Source of the DNA: Candidatus Eiseniibacteriota bacterium
GTDB lineage: Bacteria; Eisenbacteria; RBG-16-71-46
NCBI GenBank assembly: GCA_031370785.1
Contig: JANMQY010000140.1
Span: 1 to 64,000, forward strand
Direction of reading: 5' to 3'
Length of the DNA stretch: 64,000 nt
Part shown: positions 45,027 to 55,102 of the stretch, one piece after another
Position numbering within the stretch: position 1 is the first letter of the stretch
Layout: the number at the start of each line of letters is the position of its first letter
Translations under genes and position numbers: made by a program
The notes under the pieces: generated by a model
What the model was told of the DNA's origin: nothing
Database searches by the model: none
The model's input: the letters and a program-made list of their open reading frames with translations, nothing else

Positions 45027-46742
45027 GTGCCCAAGGAAGCCCTGCCGCCCGTTCCCGGTACCGAAGGCAATCTGCGCGACTACGACGCGACCCGGCGCTC
45101 GTTCGACTGGAAGAGCGTCGAGGCGGCATTCGACTGGTCACGGACCGGCAAGGTCAACATGGCTCACGAGGCCATCGACCGGCACGCGCGGGGCCCGCGC
45201 AAGAACAAGCTCGCGCTGATCTACACCGACGGAGAGCGCGTCGAGAAGTACACGTTCGAGGACCTGATGCGGCTCTCGAACCGCTTCGCGAACGCGCTGG
45301 TGCGCATGGGTGTCAAGCGCGGCGACCGGGTCTTCGTGTTTCTGCCGCGCGTGCCCGAGACCTACATCGGCATTCTCGGCGTGCTCAAGGTCGGCGCGAT
45401 CCCGAGCCCGCTGTTCGAAGCGTTCATGAGCGACGCGGTGCGCGACCGGATGGTGGACGCCGCCGCGGTCGCGCTGCTCACCAACCGGCAGCTGCTCGAG
45501 CGCGTGCCCGAGAAGGATCTGCCCGACCTGAAGCACGTGATTCTGGTCGGCGGGCGCGGCGACGAAAAGCACTACCGCTCGTTCGACGAAGAGATGGAGA
45601 AATCCAGCGACCGCTTCGAGCCGGTATGGCTCGGCCGCGAGGACCCTTTGATCCTGCACTACACCTCGGGCTCGACCGGAAAGCCCAAAGGCGCGCTCCA
45701 CGTTCAGAACGCGATGATCGGCCACTATCAGACCGGCCAGTGGGTGCTGGATCTGCAGGAGAGTGACACGTATTGGTGCACCGCCGATCCCGGATGGGTG
45801 ACCGGCACCTCATACGGCATCTTCGCGCCGTGGCTGAACGGGGCGACCAACCTGATTCGCGGCGGACGGTTCGACGCCGCGGCGTGGTACAAGACCATCC
45901 AGGACCATCGCGTCACCGTGTGGTATTCCGCGCCGACCGCGTTCCGCATGTTGATGGCGGCGGGGGAGCAGGTGGTCGAGAAGTTCGACCTCTCCTCGCT
46001 GCGGCACGTGCTGTCGGTCGGCGAGCCGCTCAATCCGGAAGTCGTGCGCTGGGGCTGGCGCGTGTACAAGCGCCGCATTCACGACAACTGGTGGATGACC
46101 GAGACCGGCCACCAGCTGATCTCCAACTATCCGAGCATGGAGATCCGTCCCGGCTCGATGGGTAAGCCGATTCCCGGCGTCGAAGCCGCGATCCTCGACG
46201 AGAACGGCAAGCCGGTCGCGCCGAACACGCTCGGCCTGCTGTGCATCAAGGTCGGCTGGCCCGGCATGATGCGGCAGATCTGGCGGAACCCCGCGAAGTA
46301 CGAGGAGTACTTCCGATTCCCCGGCTACTACTTCAGCGGCGACACTTCGTACGTGGATGAGGACGGCTACTTCTGGTTCCAGGGGCGCGCCGACGACGTG
46401 ATCAACACCGCCGGGGAGCGCGTCGGCCCGTTCGAAGTCGAGAGTGCGCTGGTCTCGCACCCGGCCGTCGCCGAGGCCGGGGTGATCGGCAAGCCCGACG
46501 AGCTGCGCGGGCAGATCGTGAAAGCATTCATCTCGCTGCGCGCCGGATTCGAACCGAGCGATGCGCTCAAGGCCGACATCGCGGCGCACGTGAAGAAGAA
46601 CCTCGCCGGCCACGCCGCCCCGCGCGAGATCGAGTTCCGCGACAAGCTGCCCAAGACGCGCTCGGGAAAGATCATGAGGCGCGTGCTCAAGGCATGGGAT
46701 CAGGGGTTGCCGGCCGGCGACTTGTCGACGATGGAGGACTGA
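45027..46742 (+). CDS. acsA: Acetate--CoA ligase (short, Bacillus AcsA-like)
   Basis: YTSGSTGKPKG, WCTADPGWVTG, SVGEPLNP, DNWWMTETG, LPKTRSGKIMRR; GGAGG RBS before GTG. Confidence 0.92.
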   Translation: MPKEALPPVPGTEGNLRDYDATRRSFDWKSVEAAFDWSRTGKVNMAHEAIDRHARGPRKNKLALIYTDGERVEKYTFEDLMRLSNRFANALVRMGVKRGDRVFVFLPRVPETYIGILGVLKVGAIPSPLFEAFMSDAVRDRMVDAAAVALLTNRQLLERVPEKDLPDLKHVILVGGRGDEKHYRSFDEEMEKSSDRFEPVWLGREDPLILHYTSGSTGKPKGALHVQNAMIGHYQTGQWVLDLQESDTYWCTADPGWVTGTSYGIFAPWLNGATNLIRGGRFDAAAWYKTIQDHRVTVWYSAPTAFRMLMAAGEQVVEKFDLSSLRHVLSVGEPLNPEVVRWGWRVYKRRIHDNWWMTETGHQLISNYPSMEIRPGSMGKPIPGVEAAILDENGKPVAPNTLGLLCIKVGWPGMMRQIWRNPAKYEEYFRFPGYYFSGDTSYVDEDGYFWFQGRADDVINTAGERVGPFEVESALVSHPAVAEAGVIGKPDELRGQIVKAFISLRAGFEPSDALKADIAAHVKKNLAGHAAPREIEFRDKLPKTRSGKIMRRVLKAWDQGLPAGDLSTMED

Positions 46743-46844
46743 GGGCGGCCAGCGGCGCGGGCTCGTGAGAAGGGTACGCTCGGCTACGGCATCCTGCCTC
46801 CGCCTCGCTCATCGAGACGGCGCCGCTGGCCGCGCACCCCGGAC

Positions 46845-49800
46845 CTACTTGCCGAGCCCGCCCTGCACTTTGTATGCGGGACGCGGGAGCTTGACCGGTG
46901 GGTTCGTCTTCAGCTGCTCGAGCTCCCACGCGATCGCGCGCTCGAGCTGGAGGTCGCGCCCCGAGACCATCGAATCGGGCGTATTCTCGACCTCGATGTC
47001 GGGATCCACTCCGTGGTTCTCGACGTCCCACACCGCGGTCTTGGGATTCCAGAACCCGAAGTCGGGCATGGTCACGACGCCACCGTCCACCAGCGGCAGG
47101 CTATGGCTGATCCCGACCAGTCCGCCCCAGGTGCGCGTGCCGATCACCGGCCCCACGCCCGCGAGCCGGAAGTAGTAGGGGAAGCAATCGCCACCCGAGC
47201 CGGCGTAATGGTTCGCGAGGATGCACTTCGGCCCGTCGATCGCGCTCGACGGTGTGCGGAAATCGTTCCCGTCGCGCGTCGACCAGTAGGACCACGTGGT
47301 GCGGCGCAGGCGCTCGATGAAGAAGTCGGGGATGAATCCACCGCCGTTGAAGCGGTCGTCCACGATGATTCCCTGCTTGTCGACCTGCGGGTAGTACTGC
47401 TTGGTGAACTCCTGCACACCCCAGGTCGCGGTGTTAGGCACGTGGATGTACGCGATCCTCCCGTCGGTCGCCTTCCACACCTTCTCGCGGTTGGCGTCGA
47501 CCCACGCGGTGTAGCGCAGCAGCTGTTCCCCGGCGATCGGCTTGACCGTGAACGTGCGTGCCTTGGGATCCTTGGCCGATGATCCGACCGTGATCGTGGT
47601 GATCTTGCCGGTCGTGCCGGTGAACGCGGCGTACAGGTTCTCGGGCGCGCGCACCGGCCGGCCGTTCACCGCGATCAGCAGATCGCCCTCGCGCACGTTG
47701 ACGCCGGGCGCGCCGAGCGGGGCATCGACCTTCGAGTTCCAGTCGCGGTTGCGATAGATGCGGTCGAAGCGGTAGAGCCCGCTCGCCTTGTCCACCGACC
47801 AGTCGGCGCCGAGCAGGCCGACATCGACACGCTTGAGGTCGGGATATTCGCCGCCCCCGACGTACGCGTGCGAGGTGGAGAGCTCACCGATCAGCTCGCC
47901 GAGGATGTAGTTGAGATCGCTGCGGTGCGCCACGAACGGCACCAGCTGGCGATAGCGCGCGCCGACCGCGTTCCAGTCGAGCCCGCCCATCGCCGGGTCG
48001 TAGTAGAAGTCGCGCTCGAGCCGCCACGCCTCGTTGAACATCTGCAGCCACTCCTGACGCGGATCGACCAGCGCCATGAGCTTGTCGGTCGCGACCTTGC
48101 CATCGCCGACCTTGTGATCGGGCTTGACCTCGACGATGCCGAACGCGTCCTCGGCGCGATACATCACCTTGCCGCCATCCTTCGTCGCGGCGAAGCCGGC
48201 GCTCACTCCCGAGATCACGGCCTGGTCCTTGCGCTCCTCGAAGTCGAACACGTGGATCGACGCGGTGCCCGGGCCGTCCTGTTCGACATCGGGCGGATCG
48301 AGCGCGAGGAACAGGAGCTTGTCGGTGAATGCCTGCAATCCGGCGTAGCGCCCCGCGGCGATCGGCAGCTCGGCGACACGGTTCTGCAGGCCTGCGACAT
48401 CGATATGCACACTCGTCGCCTTCTGCGCGTCCTTGCCCTTGCTCTTGTCGCCGCCCTTGCTCTTCTCGTCGCCTTTACCTTTCTCATCGCCCTTCTTGTC
48501 CCCGCCGCCCTCGTCTCCGGAATCGATGCCTTCTTCGTCGCTGCGCGGTGCGGTCGGCGAAGGCGTCGTGTCGCGGAGCGAGACCGCGTAGATCTTGTTG
48601 GTCTCGGGGTATGGAAAGTTGTATTCGAACTGGAATGCCGGAATGTCGATGGTGCGCTGCGAAACGAAGTACAGCCAGCGTCCGTCCGGATCGAACGCGG
48701 GGGAAAAGTCGTCGGTCATGCCGGTCGAGACCGGCGTGATCTTTCCGCCGTCGAGCGCGTAGAGCATCACGCGGCGGAAGTTGTTCGGCTCCTGGCGCGC
48801 ATAGGCGATCCAGCGCGAATCGCCCGACCAGACGTAGTCGCCGATTTCGGCCTCGTCGCTCTTGTCGACCCTGGTCAGCGCGCCGCTCGCAACGTCGCAC
48901 CACCACAGGGTCCTGGTCTTGTCCGAGAACGCGAGCTTCTTCGAATCCGGCGACCACACCGGCTGGAAGCGGAACGTATGCCCGCCCCTGGTGACCTGGC
49001 GGTCGGGTGACTTGCCGTCGCTGCCGATCACGTGCAGCTCGTATTCACCGCTCTTGTCCGACAGGTACGCGATCCATTTCCCGTCCGGTGACCACGCGGG
49101 ATCGCGCTCGCGCGCGCCCGGCGTGTTGGTGAGGTTGCGCACGTCGCCGTGTTCAGCGGGAGCGGTGAACAGCTCGCCGCGCGCCTCGACCACGACGCGC
49201 TTCCCCGAAGGCGAGAGGTCGGCGTTCTCGGTCCACTTGGACACGTCGCGGAATTCGGCGCGCGTCGCGGGCTTGTCGTCGGGAACGAGCACCTGGATCC
49301 TGGTGGCCTGCTCGTTCGACAGATTCATCACGCAGAGATAGCCGCCGTTTTCGAATACGATCGCATCGCTGCCGATGCTCGGCCACTTCACGTCATACTC
49401 GGTGTAATGCGTCACCTGGCGATGCGCCTTCTTGTCGAGATCGTAGGCCCACAGGTTCGCGGCGCGTCCGCCGCGGTCCGAGCAGTAGTAGATCGTGCGC
49501 CCGTGCCACATCGGCCATTCATCGGGGCCTTCCCAGTCGGTGATGCGTTCGCTGGTGTTGCGCGTGAAATCGTACGTCCAGATGTCGGGCGCGTTGCCGC
49601 CCTTGTAGCGCTTCCACGTGCGCCGGTCGTACTGCGGCGAGACGAACGCGATCTGATGTCCGTCCGGCGAGAACGTGGCATAGCCGGCCTGCTGCAGGGG
49701 AAGCACGGTCTCGAATCCGCCGGCGGCAGGCACGCTCACGAAACGGTCCACGCGAATCGCCGAAGCACGATTCGAGCGCAGCAGGATCTCCTTGCCGTCC

Positions 49801-50162
49801 GGATACCACTCGGCCACCTGATCGGGCGACGGATGCCAGGTGAGGCGCTTCGGCTCGCCGCCTTCGACCGGCACGGAATAGGCGTCCACGTTTCCGTCGT
49901 ACTCCGCCGTGAACGCGATGGTCCTGCCATCGGGCGAGAACTTGGGGAACGACTCGACGCCCTCGTGCGAGGTGAGACGGTTCGCGACTCCGCCGGCGCG
50001 GGCGACCGACCACAGATCGCCTCCGTACACGAACACGATACGCGAGCCTTCGATATCGGGCTGGCGCAGCAGGCGGCACTCCTCGAGCGCGGCGGCGGGC
50101 GAGGCGAAGCGGGCGAGCGCCGCAACGGTGGCGGCTGCGATCGCTGAGCGAAGACGGAGCAT
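46845..50162 (-). CDS. Tricorn protease homolog (S41 peptidase, propellers, PDZ)
   Basis: Signal peptide; WKRYKGG; IGELSTSH; RFNGGG; AGSGGD; GTRTWGG; ENHGVDPD. Confidence 0.93.
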   Translation of the reverse strand: MLRLRSAIAAATVAALARFASPAAALEECRLLRQPDIEGSRIVFVYGGDLWSVARAGGVANRLTSHEGVESFPKFSPDGRTIAFTAEYDGNVDAYSVPVEGGEPKRLTWHPSPDQVAEWYPDGKEILLRSNRASAIRVDRFVSVPAAGGFETVLPLQQAGYATFSPDGHQIAFVSPQYDRRTWKRYKGGNAPDIWTYDFTRNTSERITDWEGPDEWPMWHGRTIYYCSDRGGRAANLWAYDLDKKAHRQVTHYTEYDVKWPSIGSDAIVFENGGYLCVMNLSNEQATRIQVLVPDDKPATRAEFRDVSKWTENADLSPSGKRVVVEARGELFTAPAEHGDVRNLTNTPGARERDPAWSPDGKWIAYLSDKSGEYELHVIGSDGKSPDRQVTRGGHTFRFQPVWSPDSKKLAFSDKTRTLWWCDVASGALTRVDKSDEAEIGDYVWSGDSRWIAYARQEPNNFRRVMLYALDGGKITPVSTGMTDDFSPAFDPDGRWLYFVSQRTIDIPAFQFEYNFPYPETNKIYAVSLRDTTPSPTAPRSDEEGIDSGDEGGGDKKGDEKGKGDEKSKGGDKSKGKDAQKATSVHIDVAGLQNRVAELPIAAGRYAGLQAFTDKLLFLALDPPDVEQDGPGTASIHVFDFEERKDQAVISGVSAGFAATKDGGKVMYRAEDAFGIVEVKPDHKVGDGKVATDKLMALVDPRQEWLQMFNEAWRLERDFYYDPAMGGLDWNAVGARYRQLVPFVAHRSDLNYILGELIGELSTSHAYVGGGEYPDLKRVDVGLLGADWSVDKASGLYRFDRIYRNRDWNSKVDAPLGAPGVNVREGDLLIAVNGRPVRAPENLYAAFTGTTGKITTITVGSSAKDPKARTFTVKPIAGEQLLRYTAWVDANREKVWKATDGRIAYIHVPNTATWGVQEFTKQYYPQVDKQGIIVDDRFNGGGFIPDFFIERLRRTTWSYWSTRDGNDFRTPSSAIDGPKCILANHYAGSGGDCFPYYFRLAGVGPVIGTRTWGGLVGISHSLPLVDGGVVTMPDFGFWNPKTAVWDVENHGVDPDIEVENTPDSMVSGRDLQLERAIAWELEQLKTNPPVKLPRPAYKVQGGLGK

Positions 50163-50564
50163 GTCAGACGACTCCTTCCAGGTGCGGGGGGCAGACTTGC
50201 GGAGCGCGTGCAGTGTCGGGACCTCTCGCGACGAGGTCAAGCGCCGCGCCCGCCCGAGCGCCGGGCGCGGCGGTCGGCGCGACGAACGCGCGAAGTGACC
50301 GCCCGGCGCCGGCGGAAGCTCGCCGCGGACTCGCGCTGGCGGAAAATTTCAGCTTGCGCGGTGCGGCGTCCTTTTGGATTCTTCGCCCGCTTCGGGTGAA
50401 GCGGACGCGCAGACGCACCAGGGGCCGCCGGAAATCCTAGGGCGGCCTTCGTCCGTGTTTACCTCTTCCCGCAGTTCGGCCGGTCGACCGCGATCGGGCG
50501 CAGCCGCCGCGTATCCGGCGGTGTACCACCAGGGCGCACGCCCTGCTCTTTCAAGGAGCTTCAA

Positions 50565-50765
50565 GTGGCTCGAGGCACGGTGAAGTGGTTCAACGAGGCA
50601 AAGGGTTTCGGATTCATCTCCCAGGAGGGCGGCGAGGATGTGTTCGTTCATTACTCCGCGATCCAGGGTGACGGTTTCCGCTCCCTCGCCGAGGGCGAGG
50701 CGGTGGAGTTCGACGTGACGCGAGGGCCCAAGGGGCTTCAGGCCGGTAACGTGCGCAAGGCCTGA
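50565..50765 (+). CDS. Cold-shock protein
   Basis: [33 protein letters not shown] before GTG. Confidence 0.95.
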   Translation: MARGTVKWFNEAKGFGFISQEGGEDVFVHYSAIQGDGFRSLAEGEAVEFDVTRGPKGLQAGNVRKA

Positions 50766-50800
50766 GGCCTTTCTCTTCTCGAAAAATCACTTCACTCGAT

Positions 50801-50832
50801 CGGGCGGCGCTCCTGCGCCGCCCGTCGTGTTT
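50801..50832 (+). terminator. Intrinsic terminator of the csp gene
   Basis: CGGGCGGCGC-TCCT-GCGCCGCCCG-TCGTGTTT. Confidence 0.7.
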
Positions 50833-51048
50833 GGGTCAAATTGCGCGCTGCGCTCGCAAGACCGTCGGAGGCGCTCCCGCCACGACGCCTCGCCGCTGCA
50901 CGGTCGCGGTGCTGCGTCGCTCGCTAACCCGTTGTCAGTCCGCGCGCCCGCCACGGAATTCCCGTCTCAAGGGCACCCCCACCGAGGCCGATAAAACGGT
51001 TGTCGCTTCATGCCTCGCAACCCTTACCCACGGAGTGGGATCACCTCA

Positions 51049-52806
51049 ATGGACACGAGTGCCCGGACAGCAGAGGACCCTGCGTTTTCAGATGCTCAGG
51101 TCGAGGGCGGAGCCACGGTCAAAGCCGCGGGCGCGCTGCTCAACCAGTTCGCACGCACTCTGAAGACCTGCCGCCTCTACGACGGCGCCAATCCCACGGT
51201 CGTGAAGTTCCGTGAAGACCTGACCATCAGCGCGCGCGGGCTGCTGAACAAGTACGGCGAGATCGCGTACACGTTCCACTCCGACGACGTGCTGTTCGGC
51301 GAGACCTCGCTCTACCCGGCCCGTTCGCGTGACGACAATCTCGCGCTGGCGTTCTACCGCGATGGCGTACGCACCCTGACCCTGCACCGCGGCATCGAGC
51401 CGCGCGAGATCGAGGCGTTGATCGACTCGGTGCTGCAGGTGACCGGACAGAACCCGAGCGACGACGACCTGGTCACGTTGCTGTGGGAAGCGCACCTCGA
51501 TCACGTGTCGATCGACTACGTGCCGGGCGAGAGCGAGGCGGGCGGGAACAGCACCGCGGCCGACAGCGGCGAGGGCGCGATCATGCCCTGGCCCACCAGC
51601 AGCGCGGAAGACGGCGCCGACTCGACGACGCCCGAGGCTGCCGTCGAGCCGGAGTCCGGCTCGAGCGCCGAACGCGCTTCGCGCTCGGACGACTGGACGA
51701 CAGCCGAGCTCACCGACGAGCTCGAGGCAGGCTTCGAAGAGCTGGATGCGCTGTCGTCGTCCGAGATCGCGCGCTTCATGCGCGAGTACCAGGCAGAGCA
51801 TCAGGTGCCGATCGTGACTTCGATGCTGGCGGTCGCCCACGCCTACCTCGACTCCGGTGCGAATCCCGACGATCGCGCCGAGATCGGCCGGTTCCTGCCG
51901 CGCGTGCTGCGACTGTCGGTCAGCCTCGGCGCATGGCTCGAGGCACGCGAAGCGCTCTCGCTGCTGCGCGAATGCAGCAGCCCGGAGTGGTCGGTCGAAA
52001 CCTTCACGCAGGAGCTGATGCAGCCGATCACGATCGCGAGCACGGTCGAGCGCGTCGACGCCGCGGACGGCGCGAACGCCGCGGATTTCATCCAGTTCGC
52101 CAGGGGGCTGGGCGACCCCAGCATCGATTGGCTCAACCTGGTGCTGGCCGAGAGTCAGAGCCGCCGCGGGCGTCGCGCACTGGCCGAGGCCATCGCCGAC
52201 ATGTGCCGCAGCCACCCGGAGCGGCTCGCGCCGTGGCTCTCCGATCCGCGCTGGTTCGTGGTGCGCAATGTCGTGCACATCCTCGGATGGATCGGCGGCA
52301 ACGGCATCGTGGGCTTGCTTCAGAGCGCCGTGCGCCATCCCGATGCGCGCGTGCGTCTCGAAGTGGTCTCGGCGCTCGGGCACGTGGACGCCAAGTTGGC
52401 GCGGCCGCTGCTCACGCGCATGCTCGAAGGGGCGGACACGCGGATGTTCTGCTCGATCACGCATCAGCTGTCTTCGACCCGGGATCCGCACACCGCGCGC
52501 ATGATCATGGGCCTGATGATGGATCCGGCATTCGACCAGCGCCCGGCCGAGGAAAAGCGCGCGATCTATTCCACGATCTCCGCGGTCGGCGGCGACGAGA
52601 TCGTGCCCGAGCTGGAGGCCGAGATGCATCGTGGCAACTGGTTCTCGCGCTCGCAGGATGCGCACCGCGCGACGGTCGCCCGCTGCCTCGCCCGGCTCGG
52701 CACGCCGCTCTCGCGCATGGTTCTCGAGCGTGGTGCGCTCTCCAAGCGCGGGCCGCTGCGCAAGGCGTGCGAAGACGCACTGATGGGGTTCAACGACCGT
52801 GAGTGA
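51049..52806 (+). CDS. HEAT-repeat protein with an uncharacterised N-terminal domain
   Basis: LSDPRWFVVRNVVHILG, HPDARVRLEVVSALG (PBS/HEAT repeats); acidic linker. Confidence 0.8.
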   Translation: MDTSARTAEDPAFSDAQVEGGATVKAAGALLNQFARTLKTCRLYDGANPTVVKFREDLTISARGLLNKYGEIAYTFHSDDVLFGETSLYPARSRDDNLALAFYRDGVRTLTLHRGIEPREIEALIDSVLQVTGQNPSDDDLVTLLWEAHLDHVSIDYVPGESEAGGNSTAADSGEGAIMPWPTSSAEDGADSTTPEAAVEPESGSSAERASRSDDWTTAELTDELEAGFEELDALSSSEIARFMREYQAEHQVPIVTSMLAVAHAYLDSGANPDDRAEIGRFLPRVLRLSVSLGAWLEAREALSLLRECSSPEWSVETFTQELMQPITIASTVERVDAADGANAADFIQFARGLGDPSIDWLNLVLAESQSRRGRRALAEAIADMCRSHPERLAPWLSDPRWFVVRNVVHILGWIGGNGIVGLLQSAVRHPDARVRLEVVSALGHVDAKLARPLLTRMLEGADTRMFCSITHQLSSTRDPHTARMIMGLMMDPAFDQRPAEEKRAIYSTISAVGGDEIVPELEAEMHRGNWFSRSQDAHRATVARCLARLGTPLSRMVLERGALSKRGPLRKACEDALMGFNDRE

Positions 52807-54274
52807 CCACTCTCCGGTCCCGCCGGCTTCGAACGGCGCAGGACACGACGCGCACGATCCCGCGCGGCTGGCCGAGCTGGGCGCGAGCCTGCTGGTCCGC
52901 CTTGCCGCGCTCCTGCGCACCGCGAAGACCTACGACGCCGCGAATCAGGCGTTCCAGCGCCAGCTGCAGGATTGCCACGCGCTGATCGCGCAGATGCTCG
53001 AGGACGAAGACGACCTCGCGCTGGTTGCGGTCACCGACTACTTCTACATCAACGGCGTGCGTATCCGCGCCACCGCCTCGCTGCTCTCGGTCTACCACTC
53101 GCTCATGTCGGAGTTCGAGAGGCGCTCGCTGGGCGGTATTCGTTTCGTGAGCGGCATGTCGCCGGCAGAGCTCGAGCGCTTCTTCCAGCTGTTCATGGCG
53201 GCCGAGGATCCGGTGGTGGCCGAGCGGCTGGCCGACGCGGTGGTCGAGGCGAGCATCCAGCACATCGTGCCCCTGCCCGCAGTCTCGCTGGATGAAGACG
53301 ACATGACGCAATCGATCGACGACAAGAAGGACCCGGCATCGGAGCGCGGCCGCGCCAAGCGCGTGTTCTGGCGCGCTGTGCTCGGAACCAAGAAGATCCT
53401 GCTGCGCGCCAAGCAGACCGGGCGACCCGACCTGCGTCACGCCAAGCGCCTCGTGCAGCCGCTGGTCGACAGCGTCATGCGCCACGAGTACTCGATCGTG
53501 GGGCTCACCGCGCTCAAGGACCACGACGAATACACGTACGCCCATTGCGTCAACGTGAGCATCCTGTCGGTGAGTATGGGTCAGGTGCTGGGCCTGTCGC
53601 GCCAGGCGCTCGCCGATCTCGGCGTCGCCGCGCTGCTGCACGACATCGGCAAGATCAGCATTCCGGGCGACGTGCTGCGCAAGCCGGCCGCGCTCACCGC
53701 CGACGAGTGGGGCCAGATGCGCCGCCATCCGCTCGAAGGCGTCAAGATGCTGACGCGCCTGCCCGGGCTCTCGCCGCTGACCCTCGACTCGATGCGGGTG
53801 TGCCTCGAACACCACATGAACTTCGACCGCACCGGCTATCCCGACATCGGGCACGAGTGGGGGCAGGCGTCGCTGTCGCGGATCGTGGCGATGGCCGACT
53901 GCTTCGATGCGATCACCGCGCACCGCGCGTACCACAAGCGCCCGCGCAGCGCATTCGAGGGGCTCCAGTACCTGATGGGCCCGGTCCGCGTTCAGTTCGA
54001 CCCGGCGGTGCTCTGGGCTCTGGTGCGTACCGTGGGCCTGTACCCCGCGGGATCGCTGCTGACCACCGCGTCGGGCGCGGTCGTGCTGTCGGTGAGTCCC
54101 AATCCGAAAGATCTCAGGCGCCCGCACTGTCGCCTGCTGGTGCGCGCGGATGGCACCGCGGTGCCCGACGATCAGCCCGAGACCTGGGATCCGATGCCGG
54201 ACACCGAGAGCGTGACCCGCGTGCTCAAGCCTGAGGAATACTCGGCGAACACCGCTGATCTTCTCGCGGCGTAG
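52799..54274 (+). CDS. HD-GYP cyclic-dinucleotide phosphodiesterase
   Basis: DEYTYAHCVNV, LLHDIGK, HPLEG, EHH...GYP, ADCFDA; 8-bp overlap with the HEAT gene. Confidence 0.9.
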   Translation: MSDHSPVPPASNGAGHDAHDPARLAELGASLLVRLAALLRTAKTYDAANQAFQRQLQDCHALIAQMLEDEDDLALVAVTDYFYINGVRIRATASLLSVYHSLMSEFERRSLGGIRFVSGMSPAELERFFQLFMAAEDPVVAERLADAVVEASIQHIVPLPAVSLDEDDMTQSIDDKKDPASERGRAKRVFWRAVLGTKKILLRAKQTGRPDLRHAKRLVQPLVDSVMRHEYSIVGLTALKDHDEYTYAHCVNVSILSVSMGQVLGLSRQALADLGVAALLHDIGKISIPGDVLRKPAALTADEWGQMRRHPLEGVKMLTRLPGLSPLTLDSMRVCLEHHMNFDRTGYPDIGHEWGQASLSRIVAMADCFDAITAHRAYHKRPRSAFEGLQYLMGPVRVQFDPAVLWALVRTVGLYPAGSLLTTASGAVVLSVSPNPKDLRRPHCRLLVRADGTAVPDDQPETWDPMPDTESVTRVLKPEEYSANTADLLAA

Positions 54275-54306
54275 GCCGCGACCGGCGCCTTGCGCCGGAT
54301 GCACGA

Positions 54307-54342
54307 ACGGGCGGCATCGTATTGATGCCGCCCGTCGTGTTT
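54307..54342 (+). terminator. Intrinsic terminator of the HEAT/HD-GYP operon
   Basis: ACGGGCGGCATC-GTATT-GATGCCGCCCGT-CGTGTTT. Confidence 0.75.
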
Positions 54343-54430
54343 CGGTGGAAGCCCCTCCGCGGCCTTGGACGCTCCCCGTCTCCAACCGCGGTCGGTGGAT
54401 CCACACGCCTGCTGAATGTGTCGGGCCCTC

Positions 54431-55102
54431 CTACCTGTCGTCCCGACCGTCTTCGTACTCGTTGTCGTCCTCGTCGCGGCCACGATTGTAGTCACGGCCG
54501 CGGTCGTCGTACTGGCCGCGGTAGTATCCGCGATCGCGATCGTCGCACTGGCCCCGGCTGTATCCGCGATCGCGCTCCTCGTAGCGGCTGATGCAATACC
54601 GACGATCCTGGTTGCCATATCGGCTGCCGCGGTACCCGGAGATGTCTTCCTCGTACCAGCGGCCGTCATGCCATCTACGCCCGCCGACGCATTCGCCGCT
54701 GTTGATGTTCACGACCAGCACCACTCGGGGGTGGTGGTGATTGCGAAGGTGATAGTCGTAGTCGCTCATCGACGAGAATCGCTCGTCGCAGTACGAGTCG
54801 TAGTAGTCACACTCGGGCGGAGGCGCAGACGCGTACACCGGATGACTGTGGATCGCGCTGCCGACGACCAGGCCGCCGATGAATCCGACCAGCGCCGGGC
54901 CGAGGTTGTCCGAGTGATGCTGGACGACGACTCGCCGCACCGGGTAGCCGGCGCGTACGTAACGGTCCTCATTGCCGCGATACCTGCGGTGCCCGTTGCC
55001 GCGTCCCTGACCGGCATCGGCTTCCGGAGCAAGCGCGCCCAGCGCCAGCGCCGTGAGCAGGATTCCGGCGGCCCAGCCTCTGGGACTGGAGACTTTCTTC
55101 AT
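54431..55102 (-). CDS. Exported Arg/Asp/Tyr-rich hypothetical protein
   Basis: GGAGG RBS; signal peptide ending ADA; glycine-zipper-like GFIGGLVVG; C-terminal DRGY.RGQ.DDR repeats. Confidence 0.75.
   Translation of the reverse strand: MKKVSSPRGWAAGILLTALALGALAPEADAGQGRGNGHRRYRGNEDRYVRAGYPVRRVVVQHHSDNLGPALVGFIGGLVVGSAIHSHPVYASAPPPECDYYDSYCDERFSSMSDYDYHLRNHHHPRVVLVVNINSGECVGGRRWHDGRWYEEDISGYRGSRYGNQDRRYCISRYEERDRGYSRGQCDDRDRGYYRGQYDDRGRDYNRGRDEDDNEYEDGRDDR
54499..54570. repeat. 36-bp coding tandem repeat (2 copies plus degenerate flanks)
   Basis: cgcggtcgtcgtactggccgcggtagtatccgcgat / cgcgatcgtcgcactggccccggctgtatccgcgat. Confidence 0.75.
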
